Positions 1 to 9,957 of a stretch of 64,000 bases of DNA are shown here, in pieces (within the stretch, counting starts at the first letter, position 1; each line of letters opens with the position of its first letter). This DNA comes from a virus (Duplodnaviria; Caudoviricetes): IMG/VR virus record IMGVR_UViG_3300037601_000088, positions 83,253 through 147,252 of that record, one strand, 5' to 3'. Under the pieces are notes generated by a model that saw only the letters and a list, made by a program, of their open reading frames with translations, had not been told where the DNA came from and did not search any database. The position numbers were made by a program, and so were the translations under genes.

Positions 1-157
1 TGCTTTCCTCAAATTCATCCTCAACTATTGCTTTGGCCACAATTGAATCATTATCAATTGGTTTAATTTTTATTACATTTCCTTTTTCAACATATAAATT
101 AACACTTATGTTTGAAAAAGAATGTAATATTGTTAATGTTTCTTTACTAATTTTCAT
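1..157 (-). CDS. 45: sliding clamp gp45, N-terminal part (runs off the window)
   Basis: Manual translation MKISKETLTILHSFSNISVNLYVEKGNVIKIK resembles the gp45 N-terminus; downstream of gp46/47 as in T4. Confidence 0.75.
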   Translation of the reverse strand, partial: MKISKETLTILHSFSNISVNLYVEKGNVIKIKPIDNDSIVAKAIVEDEFEES

Positions 158-410
158 TCTTTTTTTCTTTCAATTTATAACCTTCATCAAAATGATATGC
201 TATACCAATTATAGAAAATATATAGGTAACCCATAACACAATATCTATTGACCAATGTAAAAAAGGACCTAAAAACAAAATAAACTTACCAATTAGAAAT
301 ATTAAAGATATAAAAAATCCAACTTTTAAGCCAATAATTGCAAATCCTAGTATACTATATGTCAACGTTCCTTTTTTTATTTTAAGGAAATTCAATAATC
401 TTTTTGTCAT
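147..410 (-). CDS. small membrane protein
   Basis: Hydrophobic ORF packed in the minus-strand operon. Confidence 0.5.
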   Translation of the reverse strand: MTKRLLNFLKIKKGTLTYSILGFAIIGLKVGFFISLIFLIGKFILFLGPFLHWSIDIVLWVTYIFSIIGIAYHFDEGYKLKEKKNEN

Positions 411-412
411 AT

Positions 413-1255
413 CTATTTTTTCTTAATTTTGCTTTTATCCGCCGTAGCTGATGCACCAATTGAAATAAGATGTGGCAATGATCCCTGAAATTTATATGTA
501 CCTATATGACCTAGTCTCATCCATGGTACCATATATATGTTTTTACCCATGTTTGATACCTTACGGCAAAACCAATAATCCTCAGACAAGTATCTTTTAG
601 ATTCCGGATCAATTTCAGTGTGAAAAAATAATCCTATTTCCCTGGATCCATCGAAATGTTTTTGTCTTACATGATCAGGTAAATATGAAAGCTCCGGATA
701 AAATTCCTTAAATTCTTCGAGAAGCTTTCTATCAAACATCATAAACCCAGTTCCTGCTTCGGATACTTTAAATGGTTCATCTGTTTTTATTTGTTTGGTA
801 TCAGGATGAAAATTAAAAACGTAATCACCCACATAATTGGCTAATTCGTTTGGATCTTCATCCGCTCTACCTTTATCAACTGCATCTTTAATTTTTTCAA
901 ATGCAATTGTTTTCTTTGAATAAGGTGCACATATTACGTCATAATTTTCATTTGTACACATTAAGTGTGCTAAAACCAAAACATCCATTGGTTCAAACTG
1001 AATATCAGCATCAATGAACATAAAGATTTCATAGTCAGTTCTTAAAAAAGCATCGACAGAATAATTCCGAGCTCTTTGAACAAGTGATTCATTCATTAAA
1101 AAGTATGTTTCCAATGGAATTTGGTATTGAGAACATACTCTTTGAAGGTTAATTAAGCTCTTGGCCGTTTCACCATAACATAGACCACCATACATTGGCA
1201 TGCCTATGAAAATTTTCTTTTTTCTTAATTCTTCTAATTCTATTTTAACTTCCAA
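413..1255 (-). CDS. GT-A fold glycosyltransferase-like protein
   Basis: GMPMYGG, ESLVQRARN, FIDADI (DxD), YLSEDYWFC motifs; TTG start with GAGG SD. Confidence 0.7.
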   Translation of the reverse strand: MEVKIELEELRKKKIFIGMPMYGGLCYGETAKSLINLQRVCSQYQIPLETYFLMNESLVQRARNYSVDAFLRTDYEIFMFIDADIQFEPMDVLVLAHLMCTNENYDVICAPYSKKTIAFEKIKDAVDKGRADEDPNELANYVGDYVFNFHPDTKQIKTDEPFKVSEAGTGFMMFDRKLLEEFKEFYPELSYLPDHVRQKHFDGSREIGLFFHTEIDPESKRYLSEDYWFCRKVSNMGKNIYMVPWMRLGHIGTYKFQGSLPHLISIGASATADKSKIKKK

Positions 1256-1261
1256 TTATAT

Positions 1262-1636
1262 TCATTCCTCTTTAAATAATCCTTCGGGTTCGTATTCAAT
1301 AATATCGGCAATTTGGTCAAATGTAAGACCTTCATCATTTAATACAGTTAATCTATAATATGAATTATATAAACAAAACAAACCTTCACTTTCTTTAAAT
1401 CCATAGTAATCCATTACTTCAGCAGGCAAAACTGAATATTTATTCAAATAATAGTGTTTATTGCCATAACCGATAAATTTAAATTCATCTAATTTTGAAA
1501 TTTCACAAGCAACTCCTAAACAACAAAATGAATCAAACAGTTTTAGTTTTCCTCGAGTTTGTTCATATTCACCTGATCGCAATGCTTCTACGAGTTCTTT
1601 ACGGTGTTGTTTCTGTTGTTCTAATGTGTAAGTCAT
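1262..1636 (-). CDS. CCLGV-family hypothetical protein, paralogue 1 of 5
   Basis: EALRSGxYxQ...CCLGVxCE...LNDxGxTFDQIADIIE motifs shared with four other ORFs. Confidence 0.8.
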   Translation of the reverse strand: MTYTLEQQKQHRKELVEALRSGEYEQTRGKLKLFDSFCCLGVACEISKLDEFKFIGYGNKHYYLNKYSVLPAEVMDYYGFKESEGLFCLYNSYYRLTVLNDEGLTFDQIADIIEYEPEGLFKEE

Positions 1637-1651
1637 AATCAAAAACTTTCT

Positions 1652-2122
1652 TTAAAAATAATAAACGTGAAATTTTATTCTAAAAATATTTTGTAAATCT
1701 ATCAATATAGATGAAATTATATTCCAATCACCACCAGCTAAGCCAGCTCCAATTTTTGGAATTGATATAATAGAATTTTCCTTAATATTATTATCAATAA
1801 TAAATCGTTCAAGACTGGTTCGTAAAGCAGTATAAACGATGCGGACATTTCCATCATACCCATAATCATATTGAGTGAAAAGATTGCCTATAATTAAATT
1901 ATCTTTTTTGTAAGTAATGTGTTGACCCAATAATTTATAATCATCGTCAAAAGTAGAAACAAAATATGAATATTTTTCATAACATTCAGGATATAAATCC
2001 CGAACATATTTAGCAAACCCTGAACCCATTTTACCCATACAATTACATCCATGTGCAATAATATTGGGATTATCATCAAACAGATTCTTATTAATCATTT
2101 CTAATTCATTAAATTTATCCAT
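1652..2122 (-). CDS. macrodomain ADP-ribose processing protein (T4 Tk.4/Poa1p-like)
   Basis: IAHGCNCMGKMGSGFA and PKIGAGLAGGDW motifs. Confidence 0.85.
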   Translation of the reverse strand: MDKFNELEMINKNLFDDNPNIIAHGCNCMGKMGSGFAKYVRDLYPECYEKYSYFVSTFDDDYKLLGQHITYKKDNLIIGNLFTQYDYGYDGNVRIVYTALRTSLERFIIDNNIKENSIISIPKIGAGLAGGDWNIISSILIDLQNIFRIKFHVYYF

Positions 2123-2124
2123 GA

Positions 2125-2322
2125 TTAAAGCCTGTCGAAAAAATCTTTAACTAATTCCCGAATTGATGGAATTTCAGAGCTATCAATATTAAATTCTTCA
2201 AATAAACCTTCGATACTCATAAGAAATTCATCGGCATCATTTCTTACTGCTTCTTCATCAATAGGGTCATCATGTTGATAATTGAAAAAAAGATCACTAA
2301 TATATCCGTTAACTCGTCGCAT
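2125..2322 (-). CDS. hypothetical acidic protein
   Basis: ORF abutting both neighbours. Confidence 0.5.
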   Translation of the reverse strand: MRRVNGYISDLFFNYQHDDPIDEEAVRNDADEFLMSIEGLFEEFNIDSSEIPSIRELVKDFFDRL

Positions 2323-2737
2323 TTTTCTTTCTCCATTTTTCAGTTTTTTTCAATGCTCTATCTTTTTGAAGTTTGGATACTCTATCAAAAAAACCAATAC
2401 CTTCAAGCCGATCAACACATATTTGCATTAATGCAGCAGTCATACCACTATATCTGTGTGTTTGTACATCACCGTTTGGTGTAGTAAAACGAATGCGTAT
2501 AGTTTCTGATCTTTTTACTTTTAAATCTATCTCAGGATAATCAGGATCTTGTTCAATCGAATAAATTATATCATCAGAGGTATAAACTATTTTAGGGTCT
2601 TTAGCAATGATAATTGGTTTTGAATTTATGGCAAATCTATTATTTTCCTTATCCACTACATAATTATAGCCGTTTGTTTGTACCTCTATACAAAGGTCTG
2701 CTATGTCCTGTGGTATTTCTTCTTTATTGAACTTCAT
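2309..2737 (-). CDS. hypothetical protein
   Basis: ORF overlapping the gp46 stop. Confidence 0.6.
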   Translation of the reverse strand: MKFNKEEIPQDIADLCIEVQTNGYNYVVDKENNRFAINSKPIIIAKDPKIVYTSDDIIYSIEQDPDYPEIDLKVKRSETIRIRFTTPNGDVQTHRYSGMTAALMQICVDRLEGIGFFDRVSKLQKDRALKKTEKWRKKNATS

Positions 2738-4400
2738 ATTCTGAGAAACCTTTTATTTTTTCAACTTTAATTGTTCTATCAAAAATGGTATGAGATTTGA
2801 TATCAGGATTATGTGAGATAAAGATATTATTAATTCCCTCGACTGACCCAATACAATCCAAAACGCTATTAACATTATCAGAATCAATATTATCGACTAA
2901 TTCATCTATAATTAACAAATCACAATTAATATTATTGTTCATCTGAGTAATATGACGAAAAGCCAATAAAATTGCAAGATTAATTCTACTTTTCTCACCC
3001 TCTGAGAAAGAATTATATGAAAATTTATCCCTATACCGAGATTTTATAGTCTCATTAAATTGGCTATCTAACTCAAAGCTTATGAAAAGATTGAATTTTT
3101 CTAGATAAGAATTGATAATGTTATTAAAAATAGGAATATAATTATCAATTAGAACAGACTTAATGCCATCATCTTTCATCATTGTTATTGCTACATTAAG
3201 ATTATCTCTTTCTTTTCTATTTTCTGAAAGAGATAGATTAAGTTCTTTGATTTCTTTATTAACTTCCTTTAATTTTTTATCGATACCTTCATCTTTTTGC
3301 TCTTCTTTTTCCTGAAGTTCTTGATAAGAGTCAACTTTATCTTTTAAATCATTTATTTTTTCATTAAGAAATTTTTGATTAGATTCCAATGAATGTATTT
3401 TTTGAAGAAAATTTTCATATTTTTCAATCACTCTCTCATTTTCTTCAATTTTACTTTTAAATTCATCTGATTTTTCACGCCATACTTTTTCTAAATCATC
3501 ATTAGCCTTATAGAATTTTTCTCTATAATCATCCGAAATATCCTGATGACATTTTTCACATTTGCCTTCATCAATAGTTTCTTTTTGTTTCGAATAATAT
3601 TTAACTTTAGAAAAGGCATCTAAATATTTTGTTTTATAATCTTCTTTTTCAACTTTAAACTTTTTTATATCAAACCCGTCTATTTTTTCTTTTTTGCTTA
3701 ATAATTTCTCGTTATTAAGTTTAAAAGTTTCTTCACACTCTTTAATTTGTTGATTTAAATCATCTATTTTTTCAGAATAGTCGTTTTTTTCAGAAGAAGA
3801 CGTATTTTGACTATTCAAATAGTCGATCATGTCTTTTTTAGAATCTAATTTTACTGTAAGTGTTTGTATATCCGATTTCACATTTGACAAAGACTTTTTG
3901 AAATCTTCTGTTATCTTAGAAAAAACAGAAAGATCTAATAAGTGCTCGATTACTTCGCGCCGCTGTGGTGTGGATAATTTCATAAACGGTGTAAAAGCGG
4001 CCGATCCTAATATGACTATTTGGGAGAAAGTTTTGAAATTAAAACCAAGTATTTCCTCTAAATGAGATTGGTATGACTTGACATCTGTTTGTTCTATAAG
4101 ATCTTGATTTTTATAAATTTCAAATTTATTTGGGTTTGTTTGTCTTATAACCTTATAGTCATTAAAATGAACTTCACAGTATAGCTTTTTCTTATTAATT
4201 GAATTAACTATTTGAGCTTTGTTAATATCTCTGTATGTTCGACCAAAAAGCCCATATGACAAACCATCAATAATTGCTGATTTACCGGAACCAGAATCAC
4301 CAAAAATGATGGTATTTTGTACAGAATCAAAATCTATTTCTAAGGGAGATGCGCCTATACTTAAAAAATTTTTAAGAATTAGCTTTTTAAATGCTATCAT
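2724..4400 (-). CDS. 46: recombination exonuclease ATPase subunit gp46 (Rad50/SbcC-like)
   Basis: Walker A GDSGSGKS, CxxC hook, FSEGEK signature, LIIDE Walker B. Confidence 0.95.
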   Translation of the reverse strand: MIAFKKLILKNFLSIGASPLEIDFDSVQNTIIFGDSGSGKSAIIDGLSYGLFGRTYRDINKAQIVNSINKKKLYCEVHFNDYKVIRQTNPNKFEIYKNQDLIEQTDVKSYQSHLEEILGFNFKTFSQIVILGSAAFTPFMKLSTPQRREVIEHLLDLSVFSKITEDFKKSLSNVKSDIQTLTVKLDSKKDMIDYLNSQNTSSSEKNDYSEKIDDLNQQIKECEETFKLNNEKLLSKKEKIDGFDIKKFKVEKEDYKTKYLDAFSKVKYYSKQKETIDEGKCEKCHQDISDDYREKFYKANDDLEKVWREKSDEFKSKIEENERVIEKYENFLQKIHSLESNQKFLNEKINDLKDKVDSYQELQEKEEQKDEGIDKKLKEVNKEIKELNLSLSENRKERDNLNVAITMMKDDGIKSVLIDNYIPIFNNIINSYLEKFNLFISFELDSQFNETIKSRYRDKFSYNSFSEGEKSRINLAILLAFRHITQMNNNINCDLLIIDELVDNIDSDNVNSVLDCIGSVEGINNIFISHNPDIKSHTIFDRTIKVEKIKGFSEYEVQ

Positions 4401-5407
4401 ACAGAATACTCATTATATTTTTTGATTATCATATTATAAATGATATCTTGCTCAATTTCTTCTTGTGAATAAACATATGTTTTAATGATATCATGAATTG
4501 GAATATCAATGACTTCATCAGAAGATCTTAATGTTGGATTTTTATACTTATTCACTGAAATTTGAACACCATAACATAATTCTTCCAACTTTTGAATTGC
4601 TTTTTCTTGTTTTTTCTCTTCCAATTTTTCAAGATTAAAGACTTTTATATAACAGTCCTTATAGTATTCTATATCAAATTGTTCATTCTCTTTAGAGAAA
4701 TCAATATATTTAAAAATGTCATATGGATTATGTATAAACTCGATTTCATAGGTTTCTGTATCAAATATGTAAAAGCCTTTAGGATCTTCAACATCGGCCC
4801 AGGTTTGTTGTGTGGGCGAGCCTAAATAATGAATAGAACCGCGACTTTGCCTTGAATGATAATGGCCTGAAAATACTTTTTCAAATTTATCAAGTATTTT
4901 CGGCGGCATTCCGTGTTTAGCAACCTGATATTTGTTAAGGTTAAATCCCTTTAATTCGAAGTGACCCATACAAACAGAATCATTTGAATTTTTGATCAAA
5001 TTCTGACATTCTTTAAAATTATGTTTGTCTATCCAAGGAATAAAAGTAATTCCACCCTCAGACATAGGTTTATCAATAATTGAAATAGCATCATTACATA
5101 ATAAATTTGGACTATTTACATAATTATCGCCATTAAAATATTGATCATGATTTCCTAAAAGAAGATACATCTGAAGTTCATATTCATATAATTTCTTAAA
5201 GAAATATTCATTCGCTCTATATAAGGTATAAATGTCTATTTTTTTTCGTGAATGAAAAAGATCTCCTAAATTTATAATCTCTGAGATTTTTCTCTTTTTT
5301 AATTCTGGAAAAAATATTTCGCTAAAAAACTTTTCCATATTATCATGAAATCTAGGTGAATCACCTCGTACACCAAAGTGAATGTCAGATATTAAAGCAA
5401 CCTTCAT
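4397..5407 (-). CDS. 47: recombination nuclease subunit gp47 (Mre11/SbcD-like)
   Basis: SDIHFG, LGDLF, GNHD, SGHYH motifs; adjacent to gp46. Confidence 0.95.
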   Translation of the reverse strand: MKVALISDIHFGVRGDSPRFHDNMEKFFSEIFFPELKKRKISEIINLGDLFHSRKKIDIYTLYRANEYFFKKLYEYELQMYLLLGNHDQYFNGDNYVNSPNLLCNDAISIIDKPMSEGGITFIPWIDKHNFKECQNLIKNSNDSVCMGHFELKGFNLNKYQVAKHGMPPKILDKFEKVFSGHYHSRQSRGSIHYLGSPTQQTWADVEDPKGFYIFDTETYEIEFIHNPYDIFKYIDFSKENEQFDIEYYKDCYIKVFNLEKLEEKKQEKAIQKLEELCYGVQISVNKYKNPTLRSSDEVIDIPIHDIIKTYVYSQEEIEQDIIYNMIIKKYNEYSV

Positions 5408-5553
5408 TAAGAATATCTTTTAATTATTTCATTACATTTATCGCGAATAAAAACCAGGCGTGATATTAAAGTAGCTCTTAAGCCTGGGTTTCTTTCTTTT
5501 TTAACTTGTTCGATTAGGTCAGCCACTGGAGCTGGTAGATAATTATGACTCAT
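5407..5553 (-). CDS. 48-aa hypothetical protein (not in ORF track)
   Basis: MSHNYLPAPVADLIEQ...; fills the gp55-gp47 gap with overlapping start and stop. Confidence 0.5.
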   Translation of the reverse strand: MSHNYLPAPVADLIEQVKKERNPGLRATLISRLVFIRDKCNEIIKRYS

Positions 5554-6079
5554 TTTCTTCTTCTAAAAATTGATCTAAATTATTGGATACTTTTTTAGCC
5601 TTTTCTGTTTTCTTTTTTTCAAACTTCTTTTCCAAATCACTTCTCTCATAACCATCTGATAAATCAGGCGGTTCTTCACCATTACATATCAAAAGATGGA
5701 TTTCATTATGCATTTGCTTATATTTTATATAACTTTGTTTATGCTCTTGATTAATGCGATTAATAAATGCATTATGTATTATTTGCGTAAAATAAGCAAA
5801 CGGGTTTGGATTTTCTCTGTAAATATCATATTTTTTATCTCTTAAAGCTTTAATGCAGCTTACAAGAGCGTCATCTTTCATTTCATCTAAGTAAGAATAT
5901 CCAGCAAATTTGCCTTTTTTACCATAGTTATCTATGATTTGTAAAATGCCGATTGCTATGAAATTTGGTATTTCATCTTCTTCTGATTCATACCATTCAG
6001 AAAGTCTCTTATGAAGTTCAGGACCAGATATATAATCTCTATCTTTATTTCTTCTTTGTCTTTTTTTCTTTATTTCCAA
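5543..6079 (-). CDS. 55: late-transcription sigma factor gp55
   Basis: FAGYSYLDEMKDDA and NPFAYFTQIIHNAFINRI motifs; synteny. Confidence 0.9.
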   Translation of the reverse strand: MEIKKKRQRRNKDRDYISGPELHKRLSEWYESEEDEIPNFIAIGILQIIDNYGKKGKFAGYSYLDEMKDDALVSCIKALRDKKYDIYRENPNPFAYFTQIIHNAFINRINQEHKQSYIKYKQMHNEIHLLICNGEEPPDLSDGYERSDLEKKFEKKKTEKAKKVSNNLDQFLEEENES

Positions 6080-6519
6080 TTTTTATTTTTTCTTCCTAGA
6101 TTTGCTAAATTATCTGCCCTTTCATTCATGTAATGGCCATCATGACCTTTCACCCATTTCCAATTTATTTCATGTAAATTATTCAAACGATCTAATTCAA
6201 TCCATAAATCTTTATTTTTAACGTCTTTCTTTTGAGATGTTTTCCAATTACTTTTTTTCCATTTTTGGATCCAATTGGATACACCATTTTTTAAATATTT
6301 TGAATCTGTGTATAATATTACATTACATTTTCTTTTAAGTAAACATAAACCTTTTATGGCAGATAATAATTCCATTCTATTATTGGTCGTATCTTCTTCA
6401 CCACCATAAATTTCTTTCTTTTTATTTTTATACTTTAAAATTGCAGCCCATCCGCCATCTCCAGGGTTAGGACTGCATGAACCGTCTGTCCATATATAAA
6501 CCATTGATTTATTTGTCAT
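6070..6519 (-). CDS. rnhA: ribonuclease HI (bacterial type)
   Basis: TDGSCSPNPGDGGW, TTNNRMEL, TDSKY, WVKGH, NERAD motifs. Confidence 0.95.
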   Translation of the reverse strand: MTNKSMVYIWTDGSCSPNPGDGGWAAILKYKNKKKEIYGGEEDTTNNRMELLSAIKGLCLLKRKCNVILYTDSKYLKNGVSNWIQKWKKSNWKTSQKKDVKNKDLWIELDRLNNLHEINWKWVKGHDGHYMNERADNLANLGRKNKNWK

Positions 6520-6524
6520 ATTTT

Positions 6525-7144
6525 TACAATTCGCGTTTTTAGATCCTATTCAACTTATCAAGACGTAATCTCACACAAGTAAAAAAAGAATTAATTTAAT
6601 CTTAAAATAGATATAACACGTAAAACATAATAAAGGATCTAAATTATTCTCTGAAAAAATTAATCAGTGAGAACTGTCCTTTAATAACGTATCCATATGA
6701 CGGTACGTCACTCTATCTGAATCCTTCTATACCTCAGCTGCCGATTTTCCGCTGGCCAAACGTCCCACCCCTTTTTACTAAAAGAGAAAAAATTTTTAAA
6801 TGTGATAAATTAGCTGAGTTACTTTTATGCTCTATAGAGAAGAAACATAAAACGGTCGCCTAGCCGAAAGGAAACCATAGTTTGGAGACTGGTAAACTAT
6901 CAAACCCGCTCAACATTTTATTAGATCTAGACAGACCCGAATAGAGAAATGTATTCGTAAAAACTATTCTTTTTATTTAAAAAATTTCTTTTTCTCTTTA
7001 AATAAAGCGGGAACCTCCGAGCAGACCTTTAATTTAAAGAAATAAGTGTTACCTTTTTAAACCTAATTTTTAGCAGTTAAAAGTTTCAGTTATCTGGATT
7101 ACTCTTCTATCACTATGATAGAAATTGCTTGTCTTATTAGTCAA
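6525..7144 (-). ncRNA. candidate long structured RNA (or RNA-primed replication origin)
   Basis: 670-bp ORF-free gap with nested inverted repeats whose mismatches become G-U pairs on the minus strand; promoter at 7151-7180. Confidence 0.5.
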
Positions 7145-7150
7145 TTTTTC

Positions 7151-7180
7151 TATATAAGATATAAAAATATATTTGTAAAC
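7151..7180 (-). promoter_or_regulatory. early sigma70-type promoter
   Basis: GTTTACA-N17-TATATA, same form as four plus-strand promoters. Confidence 0.65.
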
Positions 7181-7192
7181 ACTAAAAATGAA

Positions 7193-8647
7193 TTATTTTA
7201 GGTCATATGAATGATATTCAACTTCAAATTCTTCTCTTTCATAAAGAGCAAGTCTTTGTTTGCCATGTTTAAGAGCATAATTATCTCTTTTCTTATATTT
7301 CATATTGTCTATAATGTCATGAATTTTAACAGTATCTTTCCCTTCAGCTAATCTTAAACCTCTACCAATAAGCTGAGGTACTTGTATTTCACTTTTCATT
7401 GGAGCTGCGATAATAACATGATTAATTCTAGGTATATTAATACCTTCAGAAAATGTACCCATTGAAACAACACCTACTATATTATTTCCGGTTCCCATCC
7501 ATTTTTGATATTCAGAACGTCTCTCAACACTTATAGATCCATCAATATAGAATCTTTCCTTATTTGTGAAGCATTGATAAATTGCATTTCCATGTTCCCT
7601 ATTTCTGAAGGCAACAATTATATTTCCATCAAGTGTTTCAATTAAACGTCCCAAAAACTTGAGTCTTTTTTTACTTTCTGATATAATTGAGAATTCGTCT
7701 TTCCAATCAACTTTATTTTTTGCTATCATTCTATTAAATCTTTCTGGATAATTTAATAGAATTGCATTAATTTTTGGTCTTGCGACAATGCCTTTATCAA
7801 TTAGTTGTTTAGTTGTGGCTAGTCTTTTTGCTGGCCCAAACAAACCTTCCAATGTCAATTTATGTGTTTCAATATCTTTAATTGTTCCAGTAAAACCATG
7901 ACGATACTTGATTTTTTTGCATTTTTTAAGTAGTGACGCACATATTTTAGCATCCCATCTATGAACTTCGTCGGCCATAATAACGTCAAATTGTTCAAAC
8001 CATTTCGGCTGTTTATTCTTTATTGATTGCCATGTTGAGGCAACTATTTGAGCTTTTGAATTTTTTTCTTTACCAGAAAAAATGGTATGTGATGTAAAGG
8101 AATTTTTATTTTTATCATACTCATTTTTGAAATTATCTTCAATTAATTGATCAACTAAACCAGCTCTATGAGCAACAATTAATATTCTCTTTTTCTTTTC
8201 TATGTAATATCTTGATAGACCATAAAGAAGATATGATTTACCATTTGATGTAGGAAGTATAGAAATATTTCTTTTTGAATTAATACAATCAACAAAGGCC
8301 TCTACCTGTTCATCATGAGGAATAAAAGGTCCTTCTATTTTTTTATAAAATTTATATACAAAATCTTCATCGATTAATTCTTCATCAGAAAATAAATTAT
8401 CATCTAATTCTATACCAATTTTTTTATTTTCACAAAATTGTATTATCATTGGTATCAGACCTTTATAAATTAAGCCATTTGATACATTCAATAAACGAAT
8501 TTTACCGTCCCAAATACGTTCTCTATATTTTGGTGAAAATTTATAGTTTTCGGCATAGAACGTGAAAAATTCTGATATCTCTAATAAATAACCTCTGTCA
8601 CCTTTTAGCTTACAGTGGACTTCATCAAACTGTTCTATTCGTAACAA
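7193..8647 (-). CDS. uvsW: UvsW SF2 helicase
   Basis: PTSNGKS, DEVH, GFTGT, QLIGRGLR, WDGKIRL motifs. Confidence 0.95.
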   Translation of the reverse strand: MLRIEQFDEVHCKLKGDRGYLLEISEFFTFYAENYKFSPKYRERIWDGKIRLLNVSNGLIYKGLIPMIIQFCENKKIGIELDDNLFSDEELIDEDFVYKFYKKIEGPFIPHDEQVEAFVDCINSKRNISILPTSNGKSYLLYGLSRYYIEKKKRILIVAHRAGLVDQLIEDNFKNEYDKNKNSFTSHTIFSGKEKNSKAQIVASTWQSIKNKQPKWFEQFDVIMADEVHRWDAKICASLLKKCKKIKYRHGFTGTIKDIETHKLTLEGLFGPAKRLATTKQLIDKGIVARPKINAILLNYPERFNRMIAKNKVDWKDEFSIISESKKRLKFLGRLIETLDGNIIVAFRNREHGNAIYQCFTNKERFYIDGSISVERRSEYQKWMGTGNNIVGVVSMGTFSEGINIPRINHVIIAAPMKSEIQVPQLIGRGLRLAEGKDTVKIHDIIDNMKYKKRDNYALKHGKQRLALYEREEFEVEYHSYDLK

Positions 8648-9088
8648 TTATACTCCAGACTCGAATTTTCTTATGTCAATTAAGTTTTTAATAATATAAC
8701 CTCTTTGTTTCACAACAACCAATATATCTTTAAGAAATTCCATTTTTTCTTTATAAAGTGTTAAATTTATTGTAGATTCAACTACATCTTTATCATTATT
8801 CACATATCTGTGAACTTCACTCTTAAGAACAACCTTAGAAAAAGGCTTCCATCCATATTCATTCAATTCGGATTTTTCTAATTCTCCCAAATAATATTGG
8901 GTTTTAATATGAATTAATTCATCGTGTTTAATTTGCTTTTTAAGATAAGCTATTCGTGCTTTTAGAAAAATCTCATAATATTTACTGTGTAAAATTGCAG
9001 ACTTTACTGTCTCGCCTGCAATATCTTCCTCATTAATTGTGCTATCTTTAGCCCATTCGCTTAATATATCGTCTAATTTCATGTACAA
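8648..9088 (-). CDS. uvsY: UvsY recombination mediator
   Basis: LHSKY, YYLG, IKNLIDIRKFESG; adjacent to uvsW. Confidence 0.9.
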   Translation of the reverse strand: MYMKLDDILSEWAKDSTINEEDIAGETVKSAILHSKYYEIFLKARIAYLKKQIKHDELIHIKTQYYLGELEKSELNEYGWKPFSKVVLKSEVHRYVNNDKDVVESTINLTLYKEKMEFLKDILVVVKQRGYIIKNLIDIRKFESGV

Positions 9089-9098
9089 ACCTTTAACT

Positions 9099-9605
9099 TT
9101 ATTCTATGAAAAATGTATCATATTCAAAGGTTGTTGTACAATTTACGTAGGCTATGGTACTATTTTCAATATTTAATGAAATATCTGATATATCTGTTGG
9201 CCAAGCATTCTTAAAAATAAAGTTTTTATTAGCATTATTTTTACTCGTTTTTGTAATAACAGTTATATCAGATACTAGATTATCTTTAGTTTTTGTAGAA
9301 TGAACTTTACTTTTGTATTCATTAAATTTATTAGGGAATGAAATAGAATTTATCCATGAAAGGATTTCTTTATAGTTTGATAAATCTTCATCAACACGAA
9401 AAGTTAAAGACAATGGCGCAAAAACAGGATGATCCCCCTGTTGTTTAATATTAGAAAACGGGGTAGGTTGAAATACTGTTCCAATACTAATACTTGGAAT
9501 ATTAAATTCATTACAGAAAAAAGTTACATTAGGGCACATATCAATTACAACTTCGAAATTGATATTTTCCAATAAATTAATAGAATCGGATCTTATATTA
9601 CTCAT
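9099..9605 (-). CDS. 3: tail tube terminator/completion protein gp3
   Basis: NVTFFCNEFNIPSISIG, FRVDEDLSNYKEI, FKNAWP tube-protein motifs; start 9605 (ATG) or 9623 (TTG). Confidence 0.75.
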   Translation of the reverse strand: MSNIRSDSINLLENINFEVVIDMCPNVTFFCNEFNIPSISIGTVFQPTPFSNIKQQGDHPVFAPLSLTFRVDEDLSNYKEILSWINSISFPNKFNEYKSKVHSTKTKDNLVSDITVITKTSKNNANKNFIFKNAWPTDISDISLNIENSTIAYVNCTTTFEYDTFFIE

Positions 9606-9864
9606 GAAGCAAAAACCTTTCAATGATATTTATCAAACCAATATGGAGCGGTTTGAAGAAAAAATTAGAAATTTACAATCTAAGTATGATTTAAATGCTT
9701 GGGAAGCAATACAAAAATATCAAGAAGATACAGGAATTGAGGAAGAATTAATCGGCAATATGATTAATGGTTTACCTAACCTGAAAAAAGATATATACAA
9801 TGCAACTTCTATGCTTAATTTAGTAGAAAAAAATGATAGTAAATTACCAGATTATGAAGAGTGA
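9604..9864 (+). CDS. 33: late transcription coactivator gp33
   Basis: Size, LNLV...KLP C-terminus and position before gp32; start uncertain (9604 or 9643). Confidence 0.65.
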   Translation: MKQKPFNDIYQTNMERFEEKIRNLQSKYDLNAWEAIQKYQEDTGIEEELIGNMINGLPNLKKDIYNATSMLNLVEKNDSKLPDYEE

Positions 9865-9894
9865 CATGCATAAATTTAGGCCTATTTTTAGTCC

Positions 9895-9902
9895 TATAAA
9901 TA
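9895..9902 (+). promoter_or_regulatory. T4-type late promoter upstream of gene 32
   Basis: TATAAATA. Confidence 0.6.
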
Positions 9903-9957
9903 TACTTGGCTGCTAGACAGCGTAATTAAAGAAAATTAAGGAAATTAAAGAAAACAT

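Noticed and set aside
6861-6871. TAGCCGAAAGG shared with the tRNA-Asn variable arm (37556)
   Set aside because: An 11-nt match around a common GAAA tetraloop, and on the opposite strand to the inferred RNA; probably chance
6520-7190. Group I/II intron, RNase P RNA or tmRNA
   Set aside because: Flanking genes are intact and I could not find P7, domain V, GAGGAAAGUCC or tRNA-like termini
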